Below, one piece after another: positions 1 through 10,140 of a DNA stretch of 61,870 nt. Every line of letters starts with the position of its first letter. The first letter of the stretch is position 1. Below the pieces are notes generated by a model, which saw only the letters and a program-made list of their open reading frames with translations, was not told where the DNA came from and did no database searches. Where the stretch lies: contig JADGDT010000003.1 in NCBI GenBank assembly GCA_016744755.1, forward strand, positions 16,548 through 78,417, in the 5' to 3' direction. The position numbers and the translations under genes were made by a program. The stretch is from Ichthyobacteriaceae bacterium. GTDB taxonomy: Bacteria > Bacteroidota > Bacteroidia > Flavobacteriales > JADGDT01.

Positions 1-1
1 A

Positions 2-694
2 CTAACTAATTATAGAGATTCTTGTTTCTGCAATATATTGCCGTCCAACAGGGATTTTGTTGTTGCCAATTTCAATGGTATTGCCTTCAAGTGCAGTTAC
101 TCTGGGTATAGAAATAGTGTAAGACCTATGCACACGCAAGAAATCATCGCTAGGAAGATTGGTTGTGAACTTTTTTAATGTATTGTTACTTATAAAAATT
201 CCCTCTTTACAAACTATTTTTATGTAATCGCCAATGGCTTCTATAAACAGAATTTGATCGTGATATATTTTCACCATCTTTTTATCTACTTTTACGTAAA
301 CATGACTTCTTTCTGACGGAGGTATTGATGAGGGATTATAATTAATAGATTTGTAAATTCTGGAAATTGTTTTAAGGAAGCGAGGTTGTGAAAGTGGCTT
401 AATTAAATAATCTAAAACTTCCAACTCAAAAGCCTCTATGGCATATTCTTTTACATTAGAAATTACTACAACTTTAATATCTTCTGGTAGATTTCTAATA
501 AATTCAAATCCATTAAAATTAGGAATACTTAATTCAATAAAAATAACTTGAATATTTTCTGAAATTACAGTTTTTAAAGCTTCGAAAGGATTTGAAAATG
601 TATCCAATAATTCAAAATCATCTAACTTATTAATTAGCGATTTTAAATATTCTACACTTTCGTTATCATTATCTATGATTATAGTCCTTAACAT
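2..694 (-). CDS. LytTR-family response regulator
   Basis: N-terminal receiver domain (AFELEVLDYLIKP) and C-terminal LytTR (FLRVHRSY, IPVGRQY); the usual phospho-acceptor Asp reads as Glu (VIFIELSIP). Confidence 0.9.
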   Translation of the reverse strand: MLRTIIIDNDNESVEYLKSLINKLDDFELLDTFSNPFEALKTVISENIQVIFIELSIPNFNGFEFIRNLPEDIKVVVISNVKEYAIEAFELEVLDYLIKPLSQPRFLKTISRIYKSINYNPSSIPPSERSHVYVKVDKKMVKIYHDQILFIEAIGDYIKIVCKEGIFISNNTLKKFTTNLPSDDFLRVHRSYTISIPRVTALEGNTIEIGNNKIPVGRQYIAETRISIIS

Positions 695-709
695 AAATTA
701 CTCAGTGGA

Positions 710-2164
710 TTATTCTACAAATATAATCCTTGAAAAGGATTTATCAGATTTTGTGAAAATTTTTATTATATAAGTACCCACATTGAGTTCTTTCATATTT
801 ATTCTATTATTCTGAAATGATAATTCTATTGATTTACCTTGCATAGAAATAGCATAAACCTTATTTATTTTTATATCTAAAGAACCTTCAAGTGTGATTA
901 CATTATTTGTACATGGATTAGGATATAATTTTGCATTTTTAAATTCATAATTATCATTAGCCAAAGCAATACTTTCGGGAGTCCAATAATTACCAGAAAT
1001 AACGACATATGATAAAAGTTGAATGGTGTTTTCGTAATATCCTTGATTGCTAAACTTCATTGTTTGCAAATATGTGTATATATCATCCATCCACTCTTGA
1101 TTTGAATCTAACATTGCCGAAACAGCAAAAGGGGCAACAAATGCAGCATCGCTCCAACTAGCAATGGCTGTACCGTCTAGTTTATAACCATCTTTAATTT
1201 TTGATGGTGTATTGTTTGTTTTTGTTTTAATCCATGTATTAAGTTTATCTAATGAAGATTTTGCTCTTGGTTCGCCACTAATTAAATAATCGGTAGCAAT
1301 TCGCCAGGGGAAACGACAAGCGTTGTAATAATAGTTACCATCATTTTCACCTTCTAAATGATTCTTTGGTGCAGGTTTAACACTTCCATTTGTATTAACC
1401 ATAAAATCAGGAATTAAACCTGTTGTGCTAGAATAATTAGTTTGAATTTCATCTATAATATCATAGCACTTATCAACAACTTTTATCCAGTTAGACCTTG
1501 TAAATGCCTTATCGAAACTACGAAAATGATCTACTATAAAATCTGAACTACGTGTTGCATTATAATATTTTGTGCTTGATGAATTTACCCAATCTCCATA
1601 AAGAATATTGTATTGTGTTTTATTTACCTCAGCTTTCATAATTGCTGAAATAACTTTTTTTGCTTCTGCTTTGTAATTAATTACACCACTACTACCCCAC
1701 TGTTTATCGGCTAACAAGAGTGAAAATGCAATATCAATATCTCCATCTGTTGCAGAATCATTCCCTTCTACATTTACACAACTAGAATTTTGTTTCCATG
1801 CCATTAAATCTGGAGTAATTCCGCTAGGGTGATTACGGAAATACTTATACATTCCATCGAAATACACTTTTGCATCAGTATCAAATCCCGCCATGTAAAC
1901 CATTATCATCATCCCATAACCATGAGCTTCAGATACTGTTTGCCCTGCATCATAATCAATATAATATTCTCCGCTATTACAACCAGATACTAAATATTCT
2001 TGTTTCCATTTTTGGTATAAATCTGATGTGTTTTTATCTAAAACTGATTGTTCTACATCTGGTTTAATATTAGTTTTATAGTTGGTATGATGTGGGTATG
2101 GTATATTTTGTGCAAAAAGAAGACTAGAATACACAAAAACTAACACTATTAACTTATACTTCAT
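710..2164 (-). CDS. GH8 glycoside hydrolase (probable chitosanase/beta-glucanase) with T9SS C-terminal sorting domain
   Basis: Signal peptide; GH8 motifs TVSEAHGYGM, SATDGDIDIA, YYNACRFPWR; C-terminal KLYPNP...GTYIIKI. Confidence 0.88.
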   Translation of the reverse strand: MKYKLIVLVFVYSSLLFAQNIPYPHHTNYKTNIKPDVEQSVLDKNTSDLYQKWKQEYLVSGCNSGEYYIDYDAGQTVSEAHGYGMMIMVYMAGFDTDAKVYFDGMYKYFRNHPSGITPDLMAWKQNSSCVNVEGNDSATDGDIDIAFSLLLADKQWGSSGVINYKAEAKKVISAIMKAEVNKTQYNILYGDWVNSSSTKYYNATRSSDFIVDHFRSFDKAFTRSNWIKVVDKCYDIIDEIQTNYSSTTGLIPDFMVNTNGSVKPAPKNHLEGENDGNYYYNACRFPWRIATDYLISGEPRAKSSLDKLNTWIKTKTNNTPSKIKDGYKLDGTAIASWSDAAFVAPFAVSAMLDSNQEWMDDIYTYLQTMKFSNQGYYENTIQLLSYVVISGNYWTPESIALANDNYEFKNAKLYPNPCTNNVITLEGSLDIKINKVYAISMQGKSIELSFQNNRINMKELNVGTYIIKIFTKSDKSFSRIIFVE

Positions 2165-2256
2165 AATAACAAAATTATATGCTTAAACATAAGAGCCAAC
2201 CAATATCCTAATGGCTAATGGTTGACTCTAAACAACAATTAATCTAACTAAAATAA

Positions 2257-3567
2257 TTATGATTTTGGTTTAAATTCCCAAGCCCATCCATAATCATAGC
2301 CTTCATTTCCTAATTGACCATGATCTTGCCATATAACCATTTTGCCATCTTCTAACAATCTTACATCGTAAGTATCAGAAATAGCTGCAGGGTCTAAATT
2401 TTCATCATTATAATTTGGTATATGAGCATCTATAAGAGTTATCGTCATAGCTCCAGTATTAAACTCATATGTTCCTTTTTCTATCTCCGAACCATCAGTT
2501 GCAAAACGAGTATAAGTATAATCTAATTCAAACTTAATATCATTATCATAATCTGGTAGCAATAGTCCATCTGTATCACCTTCGTAAGGATTCCACCAGA
2601 ACTCTAACCATGCTTCACCAGCAGGATCATAATCTTTTTCAGAAGCAGTCATATAACATACATTTCCACCTGGTGCGTCTTGATTAAATATCCAAGTTTT
2701 ACCGCCTTCTCCTTCTTCTCCTGCTAGAGTATTTAAAGGGTTATCTCCTGTCATATCACGAGCTTTAAATTTCCACGACCATCCGTAATCAAAATCATCA
2801 GGATTTATAGTACTCTGATCTTGCCATAATAACAACTCGTAATCATTAAGAACTTTAATATTATAAACACCTGTTGCTGTAACATCAGGATCACAATTTG
2901 CCTCATCGTAATCAGGAATATTTGCATCTACAAACTGTATTGTCATATTTTTAATATCCAACACAAAATTTCCTTTTTCTGCTTCTTCATCTTTTGTACT
3001 ATAACGAGTAAAATTGAATGCTCCTTCTAAGTCAAATTTAATTTCGTTTAATGCTCCAGGTAATGGATCTCCATCGGAACCATAAGGATTCCACCAAAAT
3101 TCTGCCCAATCGTAATTTGCCGTCATAAAACAAACATCTCCTCCACCAGGTACAGCTTGATCGTAAACCCAATATTTACCACCATCGCCCTCATTTCCTA
3201 CTAATGCCTTAAATGCAGGAATATCGTAAACCATACTTGGGTTACTAGATTCTACATTTACAGAACCTTCTACTGTAGAAGAGCCTGCTCCATTCATTAA
3301 AGTTAGCGTATAAGCGTAATCTCCTTTCATAGGGAAAAAGCCTTTAACCTCTTTTCCCTGCAATAATATCCCTGAACCAAAATCCCAGTTTGCGGTAAAA
3401 ACAGTTTCATCGTTTACTGATAAAATAGGTTGATTTGGATCTGAAGAATCTACTGTTACATCAGTCTCAGGTAAATTTGCTGGCAAATCCCTAACTTCTA
3501 TACTTGGCGAACAGGCACTAAACAATGCCAGCACAAGTAAGATTGATATATATTTTATATTTTTCAT
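2257..3567 (-). CDS. PUL surface lipoprotein (SusE/F position) with PKD-like domain and two tandem acidic Trp-rich domains
   Basis: Lipobox LFSAC; WDFGSG PKD-like motif; repeated GGKxW, EFWWNPY and DYGWxWxFK; directly downstream of susD. Confidence 0.75.
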   Translation of the reverse strand: MKNIKYISILLVLALFSACSPSIEVRDLPANLPETDVTVDSSDPNQPILSVNDETVFTANWDFGSGILLQGKEVKGFFPMKGDYAYTLTLMNGAGSSTVEGSVNVESSNPSMVYDIPAFKALVGNEGDGGKYWVYDQAVPGGGDVCFMTANYDWAEFWWNPYGSDGDPLPGALNEIKFDLEGAFNFTRYSTKDEEAEKGNFVLDIKNMTIQFVDANIPDYDEANCDPDVTATGVYNIKVLNDYELLLWQDQSTINPDDFDYGWSWKFKARDMTGDNPLNTLAGEEGEGGKTWIFNQDAPGGNVCYMTASEKDYDPAGEAWLEFWWNPYEGDTDGLLLPDYDNDIKFELDYTYTRFATDGSEIEKGTYEFNTGAMTITLIDAHIPNYNDENLDPAAISDTYDVRLLEDGKMVIWQDHGQLGNEGYDYGWAWEFKPKS

Positions 3568-3615
3568 AATTTAATATTTTTAAAAGTTGAGGCGCAACGC
3601 ATTGCGCCTTTACCA

Positions 3616-5112
3616 TTAATAAGGATTCTGAACTAAGTTTGGATTAAGTGCAATCTCTTGCTGAGGTATTGGTAAGAACTTTTTATTATCAGTATAACCG
3701 TTATCTCCTAATTTATCTACGGCTTTACCTGTGCGAACTAAATCCCAATATCTATGACCTTCCATTGCTAATTCTACTCTACGCTCATGAGCAACAGCTT
3801 TAATTCCATCAGGATTAATAGTATTTGCTAAACCTGCCCTTGTTCTTACTTCGTTTAAAGGAGTTTCCCAATCTCCTCCAAGATTAGCTTTAGCCTCTGC
3901 ATTCCAAAGTAATAAATCTGCATATCTTATTACTCTCCAGTTTGCAGGAGAATCAGACATATCATTACGCTCACTTGCAGGAATATAATATTTAAGACTG
4001 TGATAAACTTTATCACTATATCCAATGCTATTTATGTGTTGAGTACAAATTTCTTCTTCATCATCAGTACCTGCAAATACAATAGTATGATCGTCTAAAA
4101 TAGTTGCATCTTTTCTTAAATCTCCAGCTTCATACTCATTAACTAAATTTTGAGTAGGTAAATTAAATCCCCAACCCCAACTTGATGCTATATCTCCATT
4201 TTCGTCATAAATCTCTCTTGTACCTTGAAAAATAGAAGTAACTTGACCTTCGTTATCATTTCCCCACTCACCATCGCCAGGTATAGAAATACGTTGAATC
4301 TCGAAAATTGAACCAGGTCCATTTTCTCCAGCTGATGTAAATACTTCTGTATATTCTGGTGCTAATGTGTAGCCTAAATTTGCTATAAAATTATCTGATA
4401 AATCAGCTGCATCTTGCCATTTGCTTTGGAAAATATACATTTTCACCAACATTGCCTGTGCTGCTCCTTTTGTAGCTCTTCCTATCTCATCAGTACTTAA
4501 ATCAGTTTTCTTAGGTAAAACTAGCATCGCATCAGATAAATCTTTTTCTATTTGAGCATAAACTTCTGAAATATCATTCTGAGGTAAAGTAAATTCTGAT
4601 GGTTTTAAAACTTTAATAACCACAGGTATTTTACCAAATACTTTAGTAAGTTGAAAATGGTAATAAGCTCTTAAAAATTTTGCTTCACCAATTACTCTTG
4701 CTTGTACATCTGCTGAAATTTTATCATTTCCTAATATACCATCAATAAGCTTATTTGCTCTATTTATTCCTACATAAGAATCTGTCCAACGTGCTTGAAC
4801 CAATTGATTTTCGGAATTAGCTCTAAACTCTTTTAGCTCTTGACAATAAGCTTGGTCATTTGGTCCTTCTCCTCCTTTTTCTGAATCGTCTGACACTACA
4901 TCACCAAGCATCCACTCGTGAATCTCTGTTGACTCATAACGAGACAATGGATCATAAACTCCTATCAAACCAGCAATAGCAGCATCATCTGATGTGAAAT
5001 ATGACTCATCAGAAATGTTTGGGGCAGGTGTGTTCAGAAAATCTTTTGAACACGAGCTAAACAACACAATAAGTGCCGAAGCTAATGATATATATATGTT
5101 TATTTTTTTCAT
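3616..5112 (-). CDS. susD: SusD/RagB family lipoprotein
   Basis: Lipobox FSSC; GEAKFLRAYYHF, GRATKGAA, IRYADLLL, ERRVELAMEGHRYWDLVR, LVQNPY. Confidence 0.95.
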   Translation of the reverse strand: MKKINIYISLASALIVLFSSCSKDFLNTPAPNISDESYFTSDDAAIAGLIGVYDPLSRYESTEIHEWMLGDVVSDDSEKGGEGPNDQAYCQELKEFRANSENQLVQARWTDSYVGINRANKLIDGILGNDKISADVQARVIGEAKFLRAYYHFQLTKVFGKIPVVIKVLKPSEFTLPQNDISEVYAQIEKDLSDAMLVLPKKTDLSTDEIGRATKGAAQAMLVKMYIFQSKWQDAADLSDNFIANLGYTLAPEYTEVFTSAGENGPGSIFEIQRISIPGDGEWGNDNEGQVTSIFQGTREIYDENGDIASSWGWGFNLPTQNLVNEYEAGDLRKDATILDDHTIVFAGTDDEEEICTQHINSIGYSDKVYHSLKYYIPASERNDMSDSPANWRVIRYADLLLWNAEAKANLGGDWETPLNEVRTRAGLANTINPDGIKAVAHERRVELAMEGHRYWDLVRTGKAVDKLGDNGYTDNKKFLPIPQQEIALNPNLVQNPY

Positions 5113-5196
5113 TTTTAATTGCTTTTAGCCTTTAGTCTTTAGCAACAAGCTTTACGCCATATACTTTAGACAATAGACAATTAATAATTACTTATT

Positions 5197-8100
5197 CTAG
5201 AATCCTAAATTAATACCTAAAGTTACAGTACGTGGAATTGGATAAGTTGCTCTATCTAAACCTCTGTCTAAACCGTAGCCTCCAACTTCAGGATCGTAAC
5301 CCATGTACTTAGTGAAAGTGTATAAATTTTGTCCACTTACATAAACTCTAAGTCTTTCAATCTTCATCTTAGTTAATAAGCTCTCTGGTAAAGAATATCC
5401 TAATTGTACATTCTGTATTCTCAAATAAGAACCATCCTCTATATATCTACTAGATTTTTTAGAATTGTTTGTATCTTTTGAATTCATACGTGCATGCTTA
5501 GGATCATTTGTAGATCCATCTCCTGTCCATCTGTTTAAAGATTCTTTACTTAAATTCCAATAAGCAGTAGAGTTTAATAAATAATCGTTTGTACCGTTAT
5601 ATATTTCGTTACCGTAAACTCCATTCAGCATAAAATTAAAATCAAATCCTTTATATGCCAAACTACCTGTAATTGCATAAGTAAAATCTGGTAATGGATT
5701 GCCAATAAAATCGTAATCATCTTCTCCTACTTTACCATCACCATTAATGTCTTTATATCTCACATCGCCAGGCTTAATATCACTAGGAACTCCATCTGGA
5801 TTATTTGCATAATATGTATCAATTTCAGCTTGATTTTGAAATAACCCTTCTGCCTCTAATCCGTAGAAATTAGCAATAGGACGACCAACTACAGTTCTAG
5901 TAATATAACCCCAGTTACGGTACTCAGCTCCATCAATAAACTCATTATGACCTCCTAAACTTATTACTTCGTTGTTGATTGAAGTAAAGTTACCTCCGAT
6001 AGAATATTCTATATCTCCAATATTATCATTCCAATTAAGAGATAATTCAACCCCACTATTTTTCATTTCTCCAGCATTTTGCCAAGGGAAGCTCTCTATT
6101 CCTGATTGTCCAGCAACAGGAACTTGCAAAATCATATCGGTTGTATTCTTAATATAATATTCTACAGATCCTGATAATTTACCTTTCAACAATCCGAAAT
6201 CTACACCTAAGTTTGTTGTAGAGGTTGTTTCCCATTTCATTTCACTATTACCTACACTTTCAAAAGCAACACCACTCACTATCTGGTTGCCCCAAACATA
6301 TCTTTTACTACCTGTAGCTAGTGTAGTTTGTGTATAAGAAGGTATTGAGCCTTGATTACCAATTTGTCCCCAACCAGCTCTAACTTTCAAACTTGAAAGA
6401 AAATCTATATTATTCATAAATTGTTCTTCTGTAATTTTCCAACCCGCAGAAAACGAAGGGAAGTAACCCCATTTATGAGCATCTCCAAATTTAGAAGAAC
6501 CATCTGCTCTTAAATTAGCAGTTAACAAATATTTATTGTCAAATGCATAATTTACACGTCCGAAATATGATAGTTGTTTATTCTCTACAAACGAACCATA
6601 TACATTTCCTTTGTCAAGATTTGGCGAATTATCAATAACTCTATTATCTTCATCATCGGTAGGTAAGTTGGTTACAGTTAACCCATCCCACTCATATTTC
6701 TGCATAAAAACAGATGTACCCAGAGTTGCAGCTATACTATGCTTTTCATCTATTGTTGTATTATAGTTTATCATATTAGTCCACTCTGTAGAAAAATCTT
6801 TTGAATGACCTTTAAACAGACTATTTATAGCGTTACCCTCTGTCGGCGATACGTAATAAACAGGAGAATAATTATCTTCCTGCCCCATACCATATTGGAT
6901 ACCAACATTAGATCTAAAAGTAAGTCCTTTCATAAACTCAATTTCACCATAAACGTTACCTATTAATTTTAGAGTATTATTGTTATTTATAGTATTATCA
7001 ATTCTAGCAACAGGGTTGTTTACTTGATTTTCTGATACAGAATAAGAACCATCTGCATTATAGACAGGTTGTAAAGGAGAGTTTGTAAGAGGAGTAACTA
7101 ATAAGTTATTCCAATCATCTTCTTCTAAAATGGTTCCTTGGTTAGAGTTTGTAATTGTAATATTCTCACCAATTTTCAACCATGGTTTAACGTTGTAATC
7201 AGAGTTAACTCTTAATGAAATTCTATCAAAATTAGATTTTTGGATTATTCCATCCTGCTTCATGTAAGCACCACTAATAAAATATGTTCCACTTTCGCCT
7301 CCTCCAGAAAAAGACAAATCGTAATTCTGAATAGGTGCATTTTCTGTAGTAATAGCTCCAAGCCAATCTGTACCTTCTCCGTAAGAACTAGGATCGTTAT
7401 AATTTGGTGTTTGACCAGCAGCTAATCTTGCTTCGTTATTTAGCATTGCCCATTCTGATGCTGTTGTAAGCTCAGGAGTATGTGCAAAGTTTTGGAAACC
7501 GTAATATGCGTTGAAATTAACTTTCCCTTCGCCTTTTTTACCTTTTTTTGTAGTTACAATTATAACTCCATTTGCTCCACGTGAACCGTAAATAGCAGAA
7601 GAAGATGCATCTTTAAGAACTTGCAACGACTCAATATCTCTTGCATTCAAATAAGAAATATCATCAACCATCATACCATCTACTACATAAAGAGGATCGG
7701 CATTATTAAGCGTACCAATACCACGTACACTTACTGATGGCGCTTCACCTGGTGTACCTGATGCTTGAGTAACAGTAACTCCTGCCATTTGCCCTTGTAG
7801 TGCTTGATCTACAGTAGCTACATCTCTATTTTGTAAATCTTCTGGTTTAACAGTAGAAATTGCGCCTGTTAAATCAGATTTTTTCTGAACACCATAACCA
7901 ACAACTACAATTTCGTCTAATGCTTTAGCATCTGGTTCTAAAGACACATTTAGTGTAGTTTGTTTTGATAAAGTTTGTGTTTGAGTTAGATACCCCATAA
8001 AAGAAAACTGTAATTGTTCTCCTTCATTTGCTTCTATTAAATAATTACCATCAAAATCGGTAGAAGTACCATTTTGTGTTCCCACTACTATAATGGAAAC

Positions 8101-8211
8101 TCCCGGTAAGGGTAAGTTGTTTTCGTCTAATACTTGTCCTGAATATTGCGATTGTGCAAAAATGGAAAGTGAAAACAACAATAGAAACAGTGTTGTGTTA
8201 ATATGTTTCAT
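5197..8211 (-). CDS. susC: SusC/RagA TonB-dependent transporter
   Basis: LDEIVVVGYG, LKDASSSAIYGSRGANGVIIVTTKKG, WETT, C-terminal YPIPRTVTLGINLGF. Confidence 0.97.
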   Translation of the reverse strand: MKHINTTLFLLLFSLSIFAQSQYSGQVLDENNLPLPGVSIIVVGTQNGTSTDFDGNYLIEANEGEQLQFSFMGYLTQTQTLSKQTTLNVSLEPDAKALDEIVVVGYGVQKKSDLTGAISTVKPEDLQNRDVATVDQALQGQMAGVTVTQASGTPGEAPSVSVRGIGTLNNADPLYVVDGMMVDDISYLNARDIESLQVLKDASSSAIYGSRGANGVIIVTTKKGKKGEGKVNFNAYYGFQNFAHTPELTTASEWAMLNNEARLAAGQTPNYNDPSSYGEGTDWLGAITTENAPIQNYDLSFSGGGESGTYFISGAYMKQDGIIQKSNFDRISLRVNSDYNVKPWLKIGENITITNSNQGTILEEDDWNNLLVTPLTNSPLQPVYNADGSYSVSENQVNNPVARIDNTINNNNTLKLIGNVYGEIEFMKGLTFRSNVGIQYGMGQEDNYSPVYYVSPTEGNAINSLFKGHSKDFSTEWTNMINYNTTIDEKHSIAATLGTSVFMQKYEWDGLTVTNLPTDDEDNRVIDNSPNLDKGNVYGSFVENKQLSYFGRVNYAFDNKYLLTANLRADGSSKFGDAHKWGYFPSFSAGWKITEEQFMNNIDFLSSLKVRAGWGQIGNQGSIPSYTQTTLATGSKRYVWGNQIVSGVAFESVGNSEMKWETTSTTNLGVDFGLLKGKLSGSVEYYIKNTTDMILQVPVAGQSGIESFPWQNAGEMKNSGVELSLNWNDNIGDIEYSIGGNFTSINNEVISLGGHNEFIDGAEYRNWGYITRTVVGRPIANFYGLEAEGLFQNQAEIDTYYANNPDGVPSDIKPGDVRYKDINGDGKVGEDDYDFIGNPLPDFTYAITGSLAYKGFDFNFMLNGVYGNEIYNGTNDYLLNSTAYWNLSKESLNRWTGDGSTNDPKHARMNSKDTNNSKKSSRYIEDGSYLRIQNVQLGYSLPESLLTKMKIERLRVYVSGQNLYTFTKYMGYDPEVGGYGLDRGLDRATYPIPRTVTLGINLGF

Positions 8212-8334
8212 AAGTTAGATTGTTTTGTAATTCTGCTTGGTTGGTTAGACACATACAGAAATATATTAATTAAATTCAATTCTCTGTGTGATGGGGAATT
8301 GTCTTTCTACTTTTATACCATATATTTTTAAATT

Positions 8335-9222
8335 TTAGTTTAAAACAAATTTCTTTTGTCGTGCATCGTAAAACAAAGCTGCAGCTCCTAGAACTGGCAT
8401 TCCAACGTTTGCACTTACTTGTATTTCTAAATTTTCTATTACTTTTTTATAAGGAAATTTCTGTAGAGTTATGTGCATAGATTTTTCGTAAAAAGGATAT
8501 GCCACAGCTGTAGAACCTCCAATAATAATAACCTCTGGATCGTATGCAAACAATGTAGTTTGTATAACCATGGCTAAATCTTCTCCGAATTGTTCAAAAA
8601 CTCTTAAAGCAATTTTATTCCCTTCTTTTGCCCTATTAAGTAAAGTTTGAAAATCCATATCGTATTTACTCAAAAACGATTTTGAACTCACGTAATACTC
8701 TATATTGTGTTCTTTATAAGGAATCATTCCTATCTCTCCTACTCCACAGTTTTTACCTGTAAATAATTTATTATCAACTATTACTCCTGCTCCAAGACCC
8801 GTTCCAACAACAAGCCCTACAACATTTCTTTTTGATGTGGCTCCTCCAAAATATTTTTCTCCTACAACAAAGCAATTTGCATCGTTATTTATGTAAACAT
8901 TTACTCCATAAATATCAGTTAGAATATCTTTTAAGTGAACTTCTTCCCACGATGGTATGTGTTGTACATCATAAACAATTCCATTTTCTGTATCTACCAA
9001 ACTAGGTACTCCTACCCCAATACCCTTAACTTCATCGTCGAAAACTTCGTTAATTGCATTAATTACTTCTGCTAAAACCTCTTCCTCACTCGCAAGATTA
9101 TCAATAGTTTTAGTAGTACTTTTTACTATTCTATCGTTTACAACTTTACCTGCGTGTAACATTTTACCTCCAAGGAAAACCCCTACTATGGCGTCGTTAT
9201 CGTTGTCGTGTTTTAGTATCAT
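8335..9222 (-). CDS. ROK family protein (degenerate N-terminal ATP motif)
   Basis: GIGVGVP, NNDANCF, GTGLGAG, GEIG; GVFLGGK where its neighbour has GVDLGGT. Confidence 0.85.
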   Translation of the reverse strand: MILKHDNDNDAIVGVFLGGKMLHAGKVVNDRIVKSTTKTIDNLASEEEVLAEVINAINEVFDDEVKGIGVGVPSLVDTENGIVYDVQHIPSWEEVHLKDILTDIYGVNVYINNDANCFVVGEKYFGGATSKRNVVGLVVGTGLGAGVIVDNKLFTGKNCGVGEIGMIPYKEHNIEYYVSSKSFLSKYDMDFQTLLNRAKEGNKIALRVFEQFGEDLAMVIQTTLFAYDPEVIIIGGSTAVAYPFYEKSMHITLQKFPYKKVIENLEIQVSANVGMPVLGAAALFYDARQKKFVLN

Positions 9223-9290
9223 TTTTATTGTTTATCTGTTTAACTGTTGAGTTGTTTAATTGTTCCATAACTCGTAAACCATAATCACTC

Positions 9291-10136
9291 CTAAAAACAG
9301 AGCGATGCTGCTCCAAAAATGGCTGAGTTCTCCAATTCAGAATATTCAATTACAGGTATATTTCTAAAATTATTTTTAGCCACATATTGTAAAGTTAGTT
9401 TCTCAAAGTATTTTTTTGATTTTGAAACCGACCCTCCCATAACTATTTTATCTGGTGCATAAGTTAGTATTACCATTTCTATAGCTTTAGCAAGATGCGA
9501 TGCATAACTTTCGAATATATCTATAGCATTTACATCTCCTTTTTCAGCTTTGTTATACTCCTCTTCTCCTGTTGTATTACGTACATCTCTAAAATATTGT
9601 CCGCTACAATATTTCTCGTAATTTGCATTGAGATAAGGAAGCTCACCAAGTTCTCCTGCACCACACATGAGACCCGAATGGAGCTTCCCGTTGATTATCA
9701 CTCCTGCACCCATTCCGGTACCGAGTGTCAATCCCACCACATTTTCAACTCCTTGAGCTTTACCAAAAATATTCTCTCCACGTGCAAAACAATTTGCATC
9801 GTTATCTAAATATATTGGTAAATTAAAATGAGTATTAAGTTCTTTTTTTAATTCTATTTCTTTCCATGAAGGTATGTTAGCCATATCAAAAACAACTCCA
9901 GTATTTTTGTCTAATATCCCTGGTATTCCAATTCCTATAGCTACTACATTACTAGTAAGTACTGTAGTAATTGTATTTTTAAGTAGGTCTAAAACTATGT
10001 TTGCATCATCAGTTTTAGGTACTGATTTTGAAGATACTTCAACAAGTACTCCATTTTCTATTCTGCCAGCACGCATATTTGTACCTCCTAAATCTACCCC
10101 TATGATTGTTTTATTTTTCATTGTTCTCTTTTTCAA
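9291..10136 (-). CDS. ROK family sugar kinase (glucosamine/glucose kinase candidate)
   Basis: GVDLGGT, DNDANCF, LGTGMGAG, AGELG. Confidence 0.9.
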   Translation of the reverse strand: MKKRTMKNKTIIGVDLGGTNMRAGRIENGVLVEVSSKSVPKTDDANIVLDLLKNTITTVLTSNVVAIGIGIPGILDKNTGVVFDMANIPSWKEIELKKELNTHFNLPIYLDNDANCFARGENIFGKAQGVENVVGLTLGTGMGAGVIINGKLHSGLMCGAGELGELPYLNANYEKYCSGQYFRDVRNTTGEEEYNKAEKGDVNAIDIFESYASHLAKAIEMVILTYAPDKIVMGGSVSKSKKYFEKLTLQYVAKNNFRNIPVIEYSELENSAIFGAASLCF

Positions 10137-10140
10137 TACT

